Shown: positions 1 to 10,149 of the stretch, piece by piece
How positions within the stretch are numbered: the first letter of the stretch is position 1
Layout of the letters: every line of letters starts with the position of its first letter
Sequence record: NZ_CP148139.1
DNA length: 64,000 nt
Source of the DNA: a plasmid
Strand: one strand, 5' to 3'
The notes under the pieces: model-generated
Told to the model about the DNA's origin: nothing
Seen by the model: only the letters and a program-made list of their open reading frames with translations
Database searches by the model: none
Program-made: the position numbers and the translations under genes

Positions 1-430
1 GCGATTACCTATGGCGCAGCAGCGCCAAGGTCGGTGCGGGGAAGTTTAGGCCATTGCGACCGCTGCCACCGGCTTAGCGTGCTTTATTTTCCGTTTTCTG
101 AGACGACCCCTAATTTCATACGAACCTCAATGCTGTATAAAAATACAGTATTGTATACATCCGAGTTAGGAAATTGCAAGCTATGTATTAGATATTAAAA
201 TGACTGGATAACGGCATTTACTGTTTAGCTGCTCACAAATCACGATATAGATAATTATTGTACTGTAAGCCTATTATTGAACTGAATGCGCGATGGGGGA
301 GAGCACATTTTCCCCCAATCATAATTGAGTCTAAGACGAAACTACGCGAGATGCCCGTTACGATATTTCAGCCAGACTACCAGCGTTTTCATGAGATGAT
401 TTCGAGAACGAAAATAGAGGCTATTTCTAA

Positions 431-1183
431 TTAACTGATCTGTTTTCTAAACCAAGCCTTGAACTGATTGCGTTTTGAGTGAGTGTACAGGTCGTAATCA
501 ATAGGATACTTTTTACGGAACTCGCTGATAGCTCGTTCGCATGTTTTTTTATCTTTTACTTGTTCTGATGAAAAACCTAGTGAAGCAATTTTTTGTGTAA
601 TTTGAGGGTCGGTGTGGTGTGGTGGTCTTTTCGGTTGAGCACCGACATCGAGTCCGAAACGAACAAGTTTATCATGAGCCAACTTTTGTACTTCAAAGAT
701 ATGATCGTTGTTCATAGTATTAACTAGCATATCTATACATTCTGTACACTTATATTTACCAAGTAAGTGAATCGCCAGTAGCCTTTTCTCAAAGGAGTAA
801 ACAACACTTATATTTCTTTTAATATCTTTCCATACTTTTTCTGATGGTTCTGACTCACTATATTTCTCTTTTGGCTCCTCAAGAGATAATAAGAAATCCT
901 TAGCGGTAATAGATTCTTTTAATAGCTTTCTTTTAAAACTATTAAAAGCAGTCTTCATGTATTGCAAAGGCTCTGCCATAGGATGTGATTTACCCGGCTT
1001 TGTTAATCTCTCATGCTCTTGGTAACGCTTATTAACTCTTTCCCAATCCTTTGGATAGATACGTTTAAACTCAGAAAAGAAGGAATCAAAATCACAATCA
1101 ACAGCAAGGAGAGACAGCACCGTTGCTATTTTGAATTCTTTTTTTGGTATAACACTGCCTTTTGATACCCGTTGTCTACTCAT
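431..1183 (-). CDS. hypothetical protein (250 aa), basic and Lys-rich
   Basis: Long ORF with no recognisable motif. Confidence 0.4.
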   Translation of the reverse strand: MSRQRVSKGSVIPKKEFKIATVLSLLAVDCDFDSFFSEFKRIYPKDWERVNKRYQEHERLTKPGKSHPMAEPLQYMKTAFNSFKRKLLKESITAKDFLLSLEEPKEKYSESEPSEKVWKDIKRNISVVYSFEKRLLAIHLLGKYKCTECIDMLVNTMNNDHIFEVQKLAHDKLVRFGLDVGAQPKRPPHHTDPQITQKIASLGFSSEQVKDKKTCERAISEFRKKYPIDYDLYTHSKRNQFKAWFRKQIS

Positions 1184-1434
1184 ATTAACCCTCTACATAC
1201 CAAAGTTGGTTACAAACCCCACTTTTATGTGAGGTTACAATTTGAATTGTATGAAATTTTTTGGGGAAGAGAAAGCTGAAAATAGGGCTTGAATTGCCGA
1301 TAAACTCTGAGGTGTATACCTTTTTATGAGGTAAGCTCAATGGGATCTAATGAGCATTTTTCGCATCCAGCATCTTGCCAACTACCTCATCTAAAGGAAT
1401 AGTAACCTTGCCTTTCATAATGATTTTTACATAA

Positions 1435-1860
1435 TTAATAGTGGAAATTTGAACGACCTGCATGTTTATTTAAACCGTTTAATTTTATTAGTAACGGTAA
1501 ATAATTCTGGTTCTTCAGATATGCTTTTGCTTTAAGCGCGAGATAGTAACTCTCAATCCCCGCAATCACCACAAACAAAGCAGTAGCAGACTCATACCCT
1601 ATCCCATATGCATAGTTTTTACAGTCGGGCAATATATCGTCACTGTGGCTATGTATTGCGGAATGAGGCTCACCGGTCAAAGTATTGATGATAATAGGCA
1701 GGGGGTTTTCGAGTAGTTCAAGCAGATCCGATGGTGACAGTTCATTAATGAATGTTTCATCACCTGCACTAATTTTATCAAATGCCGGTTTCACAGGAAC
1801 TCCTGAATGGGCTATAAATTCAGAGGCTATGTGCTGTAACAACGCTGTGTTGTTCATCAT
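1435..1860 (-). CDS. hypothetical protein (141 aa)
   Basis: ORF overlaps the upstream gene by 4 nt, which suggests operon coupling. No recognised domain. Confidence 0.35.
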   Translation of the reverse strand: MMNNTALLQHIASEFIAHSGVPVKPAFDKISAGDETFINELSPSDLLELLENPLPIIINTLTGEPHSAIHSHSDDILPDCKNYAYGIGYESATALFVVIAGIESYYLALKAKAYLKNQNYLPLLIKLNGLNKHAGRSNFHY

Positions 1861-2153
1861 TTTTTATAGGTCCTCCCATACTGTTTGAAATATTCATTGA
1901 GCTCTTTGTCTCGCTCATACGTAGCCGCATCTGCCGCTTGTCTGGCTTCATCAACCTGCTTTCTTTGTAGTTCTTCAGCCAGCTTCAGATAAGATTGAAT
2001 ATTCTCTTGGTTTGGTTCATTTGTTACGAGTTCAAACGCAGCTCTTTCACGTTCTTCCAATGAGCTGCACCCCATCAACGAAAACATGGCAACTGAAGCA
2101 CAAAAGTAAAAACGGGCGGTTGAGAATTCCCGTTGTGTTTTTTTCTTCATCAT
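1857..2153 (-). CDS. putative small lipoprotein (98 aa)
   Basis: N-terminal hydrophobic stretch ending in the lipobox-like 'LMGCSS'. Overlaps the flanking ORFs by 4 nt. Confidence 0.4.
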   Translation of the reverse strand: MMKKKTQREFSTARFYFCASVAMFSLMGCSSLEERERAAFELVTNEPNQENIQSYLKLAEELQRKQVDEARQAADAATYERDKELNEYFKQYGRTYKK

Positions 2154-2986
2154 TTTTCCAACTTAATTATCTGTTGCCCCCTAAACACGCCAAGGAGAGT
2201 CGTTTTGTGTTTGTCAGAACGCTCCTGTCTGTCTGCTTCAGCAGTAAACAATGGCAGGGGACTTACTTTAAAATCCTGATCCTGCACTATCAAAAACGGC
2301 ACAGGAGCGTTTATGCAGCGTTTTTTCCCACTGGCAAAGGTTAGGTTGCAGATCGGCTGCGGCGTAACGCTACGCTTTATTCTGAGCCTATTAGCAGGGC
2401 ACTCTTGGATTTTATCCATTAAGTCCTGTAACTCAGCGTTGCCTTTTGCTATGTCAGCTATGAGCTGATAAAGCTTAACAGGGTCTGTTTTCTGCATGAG
2501 TCCTTTTAAGCCCCACGTATATGAAGCATGAGTGATCACATCGTCAGAGTTAAATACAGGAATGTTCCGGTACAAATGCAGTGTCATTACGTTACTCAGA
2601 TGTTTACGCAAAATTCTGAAACGCTCAGATTTTGGCAGTGCGACAACCGAGCTTCTGATATTGTTTTTTACGGTATTGATTTTGATTAGATGATCAGCAA
2701 GTTCCATAGCCGCAGTTGATAACTGTACATATCCGGCTGTTCGCCTCGCAAACTTTTGTGAGTACAACGGAGAAATGTATAAGTCCTGCCAACATGAGAT
2801 AACCGATGTATAGGCATGAGGACCCCAATTCACAACCGGCTCAATGCATTTACCGATATCATCACAACCATTTTCTACCGGTGGAATGACACAGGTAAGG
2901 GCTGAAATTACCTTTGTATCTCGAAAAAGAGAGTCAAGCTGGTGGAGGTACTTCAGCAATGAACCAATATAGCTATCAAGCATCAC
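2150..2986 (-). CDS. hypothetical protein (278 aa)
   Basis: First gene of a three-gene overlapping operon (2986 to 1435). No recognised motif. Confidence 0.45.
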   Translation of the reverse strand: MMLDSYIGSLLKYLHQLDSLFRDTKVISALTCVIPPVENGCDDIGKCIEPVVNWGPHAYTSVISCWQDLYISPLYSQKFARRTAGYVQLSTAAMELADHLIKINTVKNNIRSSVVALPKSERFRILRKHLSNVMTLHLYRNIPVFNSDDVITHASYTWGLKGLMQKTDPVKLYQLIADIAKGNAELQDLMDKIQECPANRLRIKRSVTPQPICNLTFASGKKRCINAPVPFLIVQDQDFKVSPLPLFTAEADRQERSDKHKTTLLGVFRGQQIIKLEK

Positions 2987-3242
2987 ATGAAACTCCTGTT
3001 CTTAGAAAGAAAGAATCATAACCAAATATGCCAACATACAAATAGGTGTCTAACAAAAACAGGAGCGAAACTTACACATCTGCGCCCCTGACTCGCGCTT
3101 TTTTCTCTCTTTTTCTCTTTTTTTCTCCCCTTTTCTCTAGGCACGGCTGTTCAGGTTGAACGCCCATATTACTACCTCCTCTTTTGTATGTTGGCATATT
3201 TCATGGTGACTTTTACAAAATGAAATATGACCGATCATGCTA

Positions 3243-3470
3243 TTATTCTTGTTCTCTGGATTTCTTCAAAAATTTTTTAAAACTGCTATCACTGACCATC
3301 AAGCCGTAAGCCGGTAAAGCATCCATAATCGCATTCCAAGACATGCCTGATGATTTCATTTCAAATAAATCATCCTGAATATGGTTCAACATAGCATTTT
3401 TTTTATAATTCTGGTTCTGCAAACTGAACTGAGTAATTTTTTCTTGTAATCGTTTATTTTTATACATCAT
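3243..3470 (-). CDS. small putative HTH protein (75 aa) downstream of rep
   Basis: The segment 'SGMSWNAIMDALPAYGL' resembles a helix-turn-helix. The ORF starts 3 nt after the rep stop. Confidence 0.3.
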   Translation of the reverse strand: MMYKNKRLQEKITQFSLQNQNYKKNAMLNHIQDDLFEMKSSGMSWNAIMDALPAYGLMVSDSSFKKFLKKSREQE

Positions 3471-3472
3471 TA

Positions 3473-4372
3473 CTATAATAAACCTATCTGCTTTTCGAGC
3501 TCGTCCAGTTCCTTATCGGTAGGTATAGAACTACCCACTTTTTCATTGTGAATAACATAGGATATGCGTAACACAGAAGCCTTGCGTCCTTTACGTGACT
3601 CAATCGCAATTGAAACATCCTTGATATTCGTTTGTTCACCCAAACTAACCGCCAGCCGCTTTAAAAACTGACCAAAATACTTATAGCTTTGATAGAGATA
3701 TTCCTTATTGCCTTTCTTATCTATATTGAACAGCCACATTTCGTCCTTAAGTTCGTCAACTCCAATTGTGAAAGACGTTTTATATTCGGCAATAGTATTA
3801 CGTTTAGAGTAACGTTTCATAATTAGCTGATATAGATTTGCCAAACTAGCATCCGATAATCTAGCTACATAAAAAAGGTTTTGTGTCGTGAATTTTTTTG
3901 ATAATTCAAAGAAATAGGGAAATACCCTACGGTTAAAGAATATTTTGCAGTAGCCTTCGTCAAAGTAATATGTAGCACTCGTTGTAATGTTGGTTTTTGA
4001 AGCTCGTTTAAAACCTTCCTCACTTAGATCTTCATATATGTGAGAGCTCAACAGAGTATCTACGGCGAGTGGAAGGGATTTATACGCAGTTGAAAGGTCC
4101 ACGTCACAAATTTCAGCATACTCCTTAGCTTTAACCTCAAAGCATATTTCATCTTCATCAACAGATTCTCTAGGATCAGATATCTGAGCGAGAATAAGAA
4201 ACAGCACTCTTTTCGCCGGTATAGGTAAGCTGGCGAGAGAAAGATTGAAATCATCAGAATGACGAACATTAGTATAAAGTGTTAAGTTACTGATTTGCTT
4301 CTTTTTCATTACAAAAGACTCAATTCCAACATGATAGGTATATATTCTAAAGGTTGTTTTGTCTAAAAGCAA
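3473..4372 (-). CDS. repA: plasmid replication initiator, Rep_3 family (RepA/RepE/pi-like)
   Basis: 'LSLASLPIPAKRVLFLILAQISDP...EVKAKEYAEICDVDLSTAYKSL' matches the N-terminal winged-helix signature of Rep_3 initiators. A second WH-like block follows ('YSKRNTIAEYKTSF...FLKRLA'). The gene lies directly next to an iteron array. The true start is probably an internal Met near 4309. Confidence 0.75.
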   Translation of the reverse strand: MLLDKTTFRIYTYHVGIESFVMKKKQISNLTLYTNVRHSDDFNLSLASLPIPAKRVLFLILAQISDPRESVDEDEICFEVKAKEYAEICDVDLSTAYKSLPLAVDTLLSSHIYEDLSEEGFKRASKTNITTSATYYFDEGYCKIFFNRRVFPYFFELSKKFTTQNLFYVARLSDASLANLYQLIMKRYSKRNTIAEYKTSFTIGVDELKDEMWLFNIDKKGNKEYLYQSYKYFGQFLKRLAVSLGEQTNIKDVSIAIESRKGRKASVLRISYVIHNEKVGSSIPTDKELDELEKQIGLL

Positions 4373-4527
4373 AGTGACCTTTAAAGTAATACGTAGCTGG
4401 TGGAGTATTGAACACCAGACGAAAATAGCCTTAACGTTGTGATAATAAATACATAAAGTATGTTACCTCTCACATTAGCAATACTTCCATGACGACTTAT
4501 TGCCAAGTCAGTTAACGAAATTTCCAT

Positions 4528-5372
4528 ATGACAAACTGCATATGTCACGACCTTTCGTTAACATACTGATAAACAGTAAGTTAATGAAGTCCACCATACT
4601 ACTCTATACTGCATCAACGACGACCTTTTACCTTAAACAGAAAAGTAACTTTTTTTTATGATCATACTGCACCAATGACGACCTTTAGCATAGCTGATTG
4701 ATATACAAAGATTATATATACATACTTACACCATTCTATACTGCATTAGCGGCGACCTTTAGCCACCAGCAGAAAAATACCTTTTTTTTATGACCGTACT
4801 GCATCAACGGCGACCTTTAGCGTAACAATATGATATATAAGGATTTATTTTAAGCATTTACACCGTTATATACTGCACAAGTGGCGACCTTTAGCCTTTA
4901 ATAGAAAAGTACCTTTTTTTATGACTATACTGCACCAACGGCGACCTTTTGTATAACATGTTGATATATATGAATTAAATTATGATAGAAGTATATATTT
5001 ATACTGCATCAGAGGCGACCTTTAGCCACCAGCAGAAAAATACTTTTTTATTGATTAACTGCATCAACGGCGACCTTTTGCAGCAAATCAAAAATATACT
5101 TTTTCGGTAGTGGAATATTACAAAACATTTAAGAAAATCGTACTTATCCACAACAAAATTAGAAAATAAACTAATATTAATTAATAGGATATGATTTTTT
5201 TGATTAAATAACGAGCCTTGATTAATAATTAACCGCATATACTTTACAAGTGACGACCTTTCACTGCATCAACGGCGACCTTTCACTGCATCAACGGCGA
5301 CCTTTCACTGCATCAACGGCGACCTTTTACTGCATCAGCGACGACCTTTCACTGCATCAGCGACGACCTTTA
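4528..5372. repeat. iteron array (oriV-like)
   Basis: About 9 dispersed copies of the ~22-bp unit ACTGCATCAACGGCGACCTTT at alternating ~55-66-bp spacing, giving a composite period of 131-133 bp, each copy followed by an A/T tract. About 5.5 perfect head-to-tail tandem copies follow at 5246-5371. Confidence 0.8.
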
Positions 5373-5608
5373 ATATCGTAACTAAATGATTATTATGAAT
5401 ATATCCCCATATCTAAGGTTTTAATGTTTTAAGATCTAAAAAGAAAGAAAAGATCTTAATATGCTAAGATGTGCTTCACTGTGGACAATTTTCTTATGCT
5501 TTCTAACGCACTCGCTTTGCTCGTTTGTTCAACAGCGACACCGACACGAAAACAAGTTTTCATGTCTCTCGCTGTTCAGAGCTAAAAATGTAAATTCATT
5601 TATGATTG

Positions 5609-5638
5609 AAAAAAAAAGCCCAAACAAATGTTTAGGCT
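5609..5638 (-). terminator. rho-independent terminator after the 163-aa gene
   Basis: Hairpin agcccaaaca/tgtttaggct with an A-run on the plus strand, which is a T-run on the minus strand. Confidence 0.4.
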
Positions 5639-5644
5639 TCTCAG

Positions 5645-6136
5645 TTAATGAGTGTCGATCAAATACAGACTTTTTAGCGTTACAACAGTACATGCATAAC
5701 TTATTTTTAACGCTGCGGATAGCTGCTGTACGATGAACACAGCAAGTTCCAAACGTTGGTATTGATCTATACCGTGTTCTAGCGTCTGTCCTGCTTCAGA
5801 GATCAAGAAAATCATTCCTGACTTGCCATTATCAAAGACAGACAACCCTTTGTTTCTATGACCCCCATGATATCGGGCATCTAGATTATCAATATACTTC
5901 TTTGATAGAAGAACTAATGCAGTGAGTTGAGTCAATTCTTTTAAGGATAACTGAATAGTCATTTTCTGTTCCCATCTTGCAGTTCCATCCTTTTCAAGAG
6001 GTGCTATCTCGATGTTAAGGGTAGGAACGCCAGATCTGGAAACTACCTTTTGAAAGTTAAGACAGGAACGTTTCTTTTCGTGTTTCTGCCAATCGGCGAA
6101 GAACTTTAAAGTCTCACCATACACTTGTTCGGACAT
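5645..6136 (-). CDS. hypothetical protein (163 aa)
   Basis: ORF between the partition locus and the oriV. No motif recognised. Confidence 0.4.
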   Translation of the reverse strand: MSEQVYGETLKFFADWQKHEKKRSCLNFQKVVSRSGVPTLNIEIAPLEKDGTARWEQKMTIQLSLKELTQLTALVLLSKKYIDNLDARYHGGHRNKGLSVFDNGKSGMIFLISEAGQTLEHGIDQYQRLELAVFIVQQLSAALKISYACTVVTLKSLYLIDTH

Positions 6137-6146
6137 ACACCACCCA

Positions 6147-6527
6147 TCAATCTGGTAATGAACCTTTCAAATTCTGTGCTGCCTGACTTGGGGGCTCCTT
6201 CTCTATTTTTACTTTATCAGTCAGTAACGCCCGTTTTGCCTGACTCAAATTTACTTTATTGTGAGCATGAGTGCCGTCACTATCAACAGTTAGAAAGGAA
6301 TCTAACATTACTTTGAAGGTATCAGCCTTTGTCCTGTCTGATAGAATTGAAGCCAGCAAAGAAGGCAATCTATCATCAATTTCCCCTAATGCGATCCCTG
6401 CCAGTAACGCTGTACGTACTGCTTCAGTTTGAACCGGCGATTCTTCAATCTTTTTAATTGCGAATTTATCAGCCTCGCTGAGTTCGGGACGAAGATACAA
6501 AATTATCTTTTTACGCTCTTGTTTCAT
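6147..6527 (-). CDS. parR: putative ParR/StbB-like partition adaptor (126 aa)
   Basis: Small gene immediately downstream of parM (gap 4 nt), which is the expected position and size for ParR. No motif confirmed. Confidence 0.45.
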   Translation of the reverse strand: MKQERKKIILYLRPELSEADKFAIKKIEESPVQTEAVRTALLAGIALGEIDDRLPSLLASILSDRTKADTFKVMLDSFLTVDSDGTHAHNKVNLSQAKRALLTDKVKIEKEPPSQAAQNLKGSLPD

Positions 6528-6531
6528 AACG

Positions 6532-7491
6532 TTATCCTAATAATTTCAGACCCCGAACCAAAGCAAACTGAGGTTCTTCAGCCACGTAGAAACGTTCTGG
6601 TTGGATTGCTATTTTCTTTCTGATTGCATCAGCGGAAAGCGCAGCTCCACCACCAATAACCATGACATGTGTATAGCCCTTAAAGGTGCTGACCGCATCG
6701 AGCACACGGGTATTTAGTCGTTCAATACTGCTATTCATGGCATCTTTCACCATCTGAATATCATCAACGCTGTTGATGTTATCTAACAGATAGTTTTCAT
6801 CGTGCCGGTTAATAATGAGTTGATCTGCGTTATAGCTGGATGTTTCTGTTGAAGCGTTCGCCAAAGCTCTTTTGACTTCGTTAGTCACCAATGATACGCC
6901 AAGCGTAGGATCACCAAAAATGCGTGATACAGACGTCATTTGACCAGAAACCATTGAGATATCAGTTGTGGTGCCTCCAATATCAATAATCAGTACAGAA
7001 TGATTGGGTCTTAATTCATCACACAAAGATATACCCGCAGGAATTGACTCAGGACGAACGGTTACTTTTTTGATTTTGAAAGGTTCATTCCGGCTTACTT
7101 GAACTTCGCGCATTAAGTTATCTTTTTTGCGTTGGATGTTATCCATTCGATATTGCGCATCCTGATCGTAAAATTCTGCCAATGGTAGAGTGACAACGAT
7201 TTCAACCTCTTGGGGAGGTAAACCGCTAATCTGAAGTGCATGTTGCACTGCAACTGCGTTTAGAGGGCTATACTGCCAAGCTACGTTGTTAGTTGGCAAA
7301 TTGTCAGGATCAATAATATCGAATGAATACTTCTCGTTATCAACGGTATAGTTGAATGGTTTGCCAGTACCAAAAGCCGTACCCCAACCGCGTTTGAAGC
7401 TGTTAGGACTAATTTTAATTACTTCACCTTCCTGATCCTGTTCCCACAGCATTTTTATGTTAGTAGAACCATCATCTATATAAATACGCAT
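6532..7491 (-). CDS. parM: actin-like segregation ATPase ParM/StbA
   Basis: N-terminal 'MRIYIDDGSTNIKM' matches the phosphate-1 motif of ParM/StbA. 'IDIGGTTTDIS' matches phosphate-2. 'VIGGGAAL' matches the adenosine motif. Confidence 0.75.
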   Translation of the reverse strand: MRIYIDDGSTNIKMLWEQDQEGEVIKISPNSFKRGWGTAFGTGKPFNYTVDNEKYSFDIIDPDNLPTNNVAWQYSPLNAVAVQHALQISGLPPQEVEIVVTLPLAEFYDQDAQYRMDNIQRKKDNLMREVQVSRNEPFKIKKVTVRPESIPAGISLCDELRPNHSVLIIDIGGTTTDISMVSGQMTSVSRIFGDPTLGVSLVTNEVKRALANASTETSSYNADQLIINRHDENYLLDNINSVDDIQMVKDAMNSSIERLNTRVLDAVSTFKGYTHVMVIGGGAALSADAIRKKIAIQPERFYVAEEPQFALVRGLKLLG

Positions 7492-7494
7492 TTG

Positions 7495-7775
7495 AAGCCT
7501 CTAATTGTTAATGTGATGCATCTGAGATTTATTTGATGCGATATTGAGTATGTTTGTAATTTTAACAGTGGGAGTTGAGTGTCGCAAGAGGTTGATGTGA
7601 GATTAATTTGAGAAATATCAGGGTGTAAAAATCATAATGAAAATGAAAATATATCATTTAGATGTGGGTGTGATGCATAACTGAGGTTTATATGAGGCTT
7701 ATTCTATGTGGTATTACTGTGTGAGGATTAATTGAGGTATATCTGATGTGTGTAGATATACCTCGATACCTTGAC
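7495..7775. promoter_or_regulatory. parC-like centromere/promoter region
   Basis: Cluster of short direct repeats (GATGTG..., TGAGG...) upstream of parM. An 11-bp inverted repeat, gaggtatatct...agatatacctc, lies at 7731-7771. Confidence 0.4.
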
Positions 7776-7787
7776 TGTGAATGTGTA

Positions 7788-8633
7788 TCACAAAGGCGGC
7801 AATGCTGAGGGGAAAAGTTTTGCGATCAAATCATTAGTATTATTTATCAAACTTTCACTTTTAAATAATAGATGCATTGTGCCTTTTTTGTACCACTTAA
7901 CGATGAAAAATTCAGTTTCAAAATTTTTATTATTAGTTCGCACATTATCAGATATATATAGCCCTACACTATTTTGAAATTCGTGAATTGGTTTTTTTTG
8001 TAAGATGCAAAATATTCTAACTAGATCGTTAACGGTGTCAGTCTTATTAAATCTAGTTGAATACTTACGAACTGAAACAGCATTATCCATTATTATTTTT
8101 TTGCCAAGATAGCGAGGATTATTACTCTTGTAATCCCATGAGACAGATTGCAACGCATCCATCAATCCATTCTTAAATGAATCAGCTTTGTTAGCGCTTA
8201 AACTTGTAAAAGTGCTTAATGCATTCTCAAAGTTGAATATAGGCGATTTCATATCGTAAAGGTCGTAATGTAACTTTTCTATTTGTTTATTGCTCATGAT
8301 TGTTTTGATACCAGATTTATCAATAAACATTTTCCATATCTTTCTGTCTAACCAAAGTTCAAACCGTGTTCTGTTATCATCATCATTAGTATTTCTAGGG
8401 TATTGCAAATCAATTAAATCGTCCTCTATGCATTGGTGAGGAAAATGATTGTTGGTATTGGGAATTGTTTTTAATATTTCGATAGCCTCTGCTGCTTTAG
8501 AGAGTGATTCTTTATATAGGCTAATAGCATGTTCTCGGATTGCAATTACTCTGTCTATCTCAATTGATTCGATGATATTAGTATTGGTATTAAGGTTCAT
8601 TAATAAAATCCAATTTAATTTTTTATATGGCAT
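7788..8633 (-). CDS. hypothetical protein (281 aa), Asn-rich and AT-rich
   Basis: Long ORF. GC content is much lower than the backbone. No motif recognised. Confidence 0.4.
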   Translation of the reverse strand: MPYKKLNWILLMNLNTNTNIIESIEIDRVIAIREHAISLYKESLSKAAEAIEILKTIPNTNNHFPHQCIEDDLIDLQYPRNTNDDDNRTRFELWLDRKIWKMFIDKSGIKTIMSNKQIEKLHYDLYDMKSPIFNFENALSTFTSLSANKADSFKNGLMDALQSVSWDYKSNNPRYLGKKIIMDNAVSVRKYSTRFNKTDTVNDLVRIFCILQKKPIHEFQNSVGLYISDNVRTNNKNFETEFFIVKWYKKGTMHLLFKSESLINNTNDLIAKLFPSALPPL

Positions 8634-8923
8634 ACGTTAGGCGAGAAAAAATAGAAGTAGTACCATATCAAGCAAATAACAATAAAGATATATATTTGTC
8701 AAAGTGAAAACTTCATTATTTAATTAAAGATGAATAATTAAGATTTAATTTAATTCTGTTAATTTGGTAATTAATTGTATAATGAATTGTTGTGTTTATA
8801 TAAGTGGTGATATTGTATTTATCATTTTTACAAAAATATTGCTTTCAGCATTGTACGAATATATTATTAATTCTCAAATATAATTAATTACCACAGCTAA
8901 TAATAATTAAACGAGGATGAGTC

Positions 8924-9343
8924 ATGAATACCTATAATGTATCGTATAAGGTTAATCTTAATAACAATAACTATGCACTAGCTTCATTTGATGTACAAGC
9001 AAAGTCTGAAAAGGAAGCGCGTAGAATAATAAGCAAGTCGAATATAGGTGTTGAAGAATATACTGTTACTGGGAAAGACTTTTTCTCGGTAACGTGGTGT
9101 GTTGAAGATATTCATGCAAGTATTGTTTCCGGTTGGGATAGTGAAACAGAATTAGATGAATTTAATAAAACTGATCTTGATGTTTTCTATTTTAATTTAA
9201 GTGATGATGATAAAAAGAATTTTTGTTTAGATGTATTGGAGTCACTTAAAAACAACCATGATTGTAATTACGGTATTAATTGGGATGTAATTAAAATATC
9301 AGCAGATTCAAGTATGGATATATGGAAAAGATTAATTAATTAA
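8924..9343 (+). CDS. hypothetical protein (139 aa)
   Basis: ORF with the SD-like 'aggatgag' upstream. AT-rich orphan. Confidence 0.35.
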   Translation: MNTYNVSYKVNLNNNNYALASFDVQAKSEKEARRIISKSNIGVEEYTVTGKDFFSVTWCVEDIHASIVSGWDSETELDEFNKTDLDVFYFNLSDDDKKNFCLDVLESLKNNHDCNYGINWDVIKISADSSMDIWKRLIN

Positions 9344-9678
9344 GATTCAATATTAAATTACAGAAAAATAGTCAGAGCTTATTGTGTCTGGCTATCTTCA
9401 CCAAAGGGAAAGCCTCTACTTATTCGTAAAATACTGCACAAAATGGCTGAAAAAAGTGAATGGATGCAAGTAGTGGCTTTTTAATATCATATATGCTTCG
9501 TCTAAGCGATTCTGAGTCACTTTAGCCTGTGCGCCAATGCTTACCCACGATGATGTGTGTAAGACCTCTCAAAATCGCCCCTACGCTGTTTTTAAAGACA
9601 GGGAAAGGATCGCCTACGGCTCACAGTACCCCCTAAAAGATCGCCTACGGCTCACAGTAAACAAAAAAAACATAAAAA

Positions 9679-10149
9679 TCAGCGAGTAACACCGATAACC
9701 GTTTTTCTTGTGCCCTTTTTCAAATGTGTAATTCTCATTTTCAATGATTTAGTAATATTTTTGGTTTGCTTAATGTCAGCCCTGATAATTTTAAACTTAT
9801 CCTCGTATTTTTGAATAAGTTGGCGTACTTCATCTGACCGAATAGAAAAATAGCGTATGTCAAAATCGCCATTACCTGTGGTTGGAGCATTACGCATAGA
9901 GCCAACTTTTTTAGTCGCCTTGTTCATCACGACCATTCCCCATCGAATCCGTACTGAGCCCCTGTCGTTATGAATTACTGGCAGGTATGGGGAGAATAGC
10001 TGTTTGTTATTTATTTCTTGCATAAACTGTTGGATCAGATTTACCGCATTATCAGCGCATACAGTTATTGCTTCCTCACAGTCAGCAAGGATTGCTTCCA
10101 GCTTTAGCAATAACGCATCTTCATATGATACTGACATGTATTTCAGCAC
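9679..10149 (-). CDS. hypothetical protein (156 aa)
   Basis: An operator-like repeat array lies immediately upstream in its promoter region. Confidence 0.4.
   Translation of the reverse strand: MLKYMSVSYEDALLLKLEAILADCEEAITVCADNAVNLIQQFMQEINNKQLFSPYLPVIHNDRGSVRIRWGMVVMNKATKKVGSMRNAPTTGNGDFDIRYFSIRSDEVRQLIQKYEDKFKIIRADIKQTKNITKSLKMRITHLKKGTRKTVIGVTR

Noticed and set aside
4528-5372. A repeat array that superficially resembles a CRISPR array
   Set aside because: The repeats are 22 bp with variable, partly conserved spacers. A head-to-tail tandem block has no spacers at all. No cas genes are present. The adjacent Rep_3 initiator makes iterons the consistent explanation.
5461-5736. A 91-aa plus-strand ORF next to the iterons
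   Set aside because: It overlaps the terminator and the 3' end of the minus-strand 163-aa gene. It has no RBS and lies in an AT-rich non-coding-looking region.
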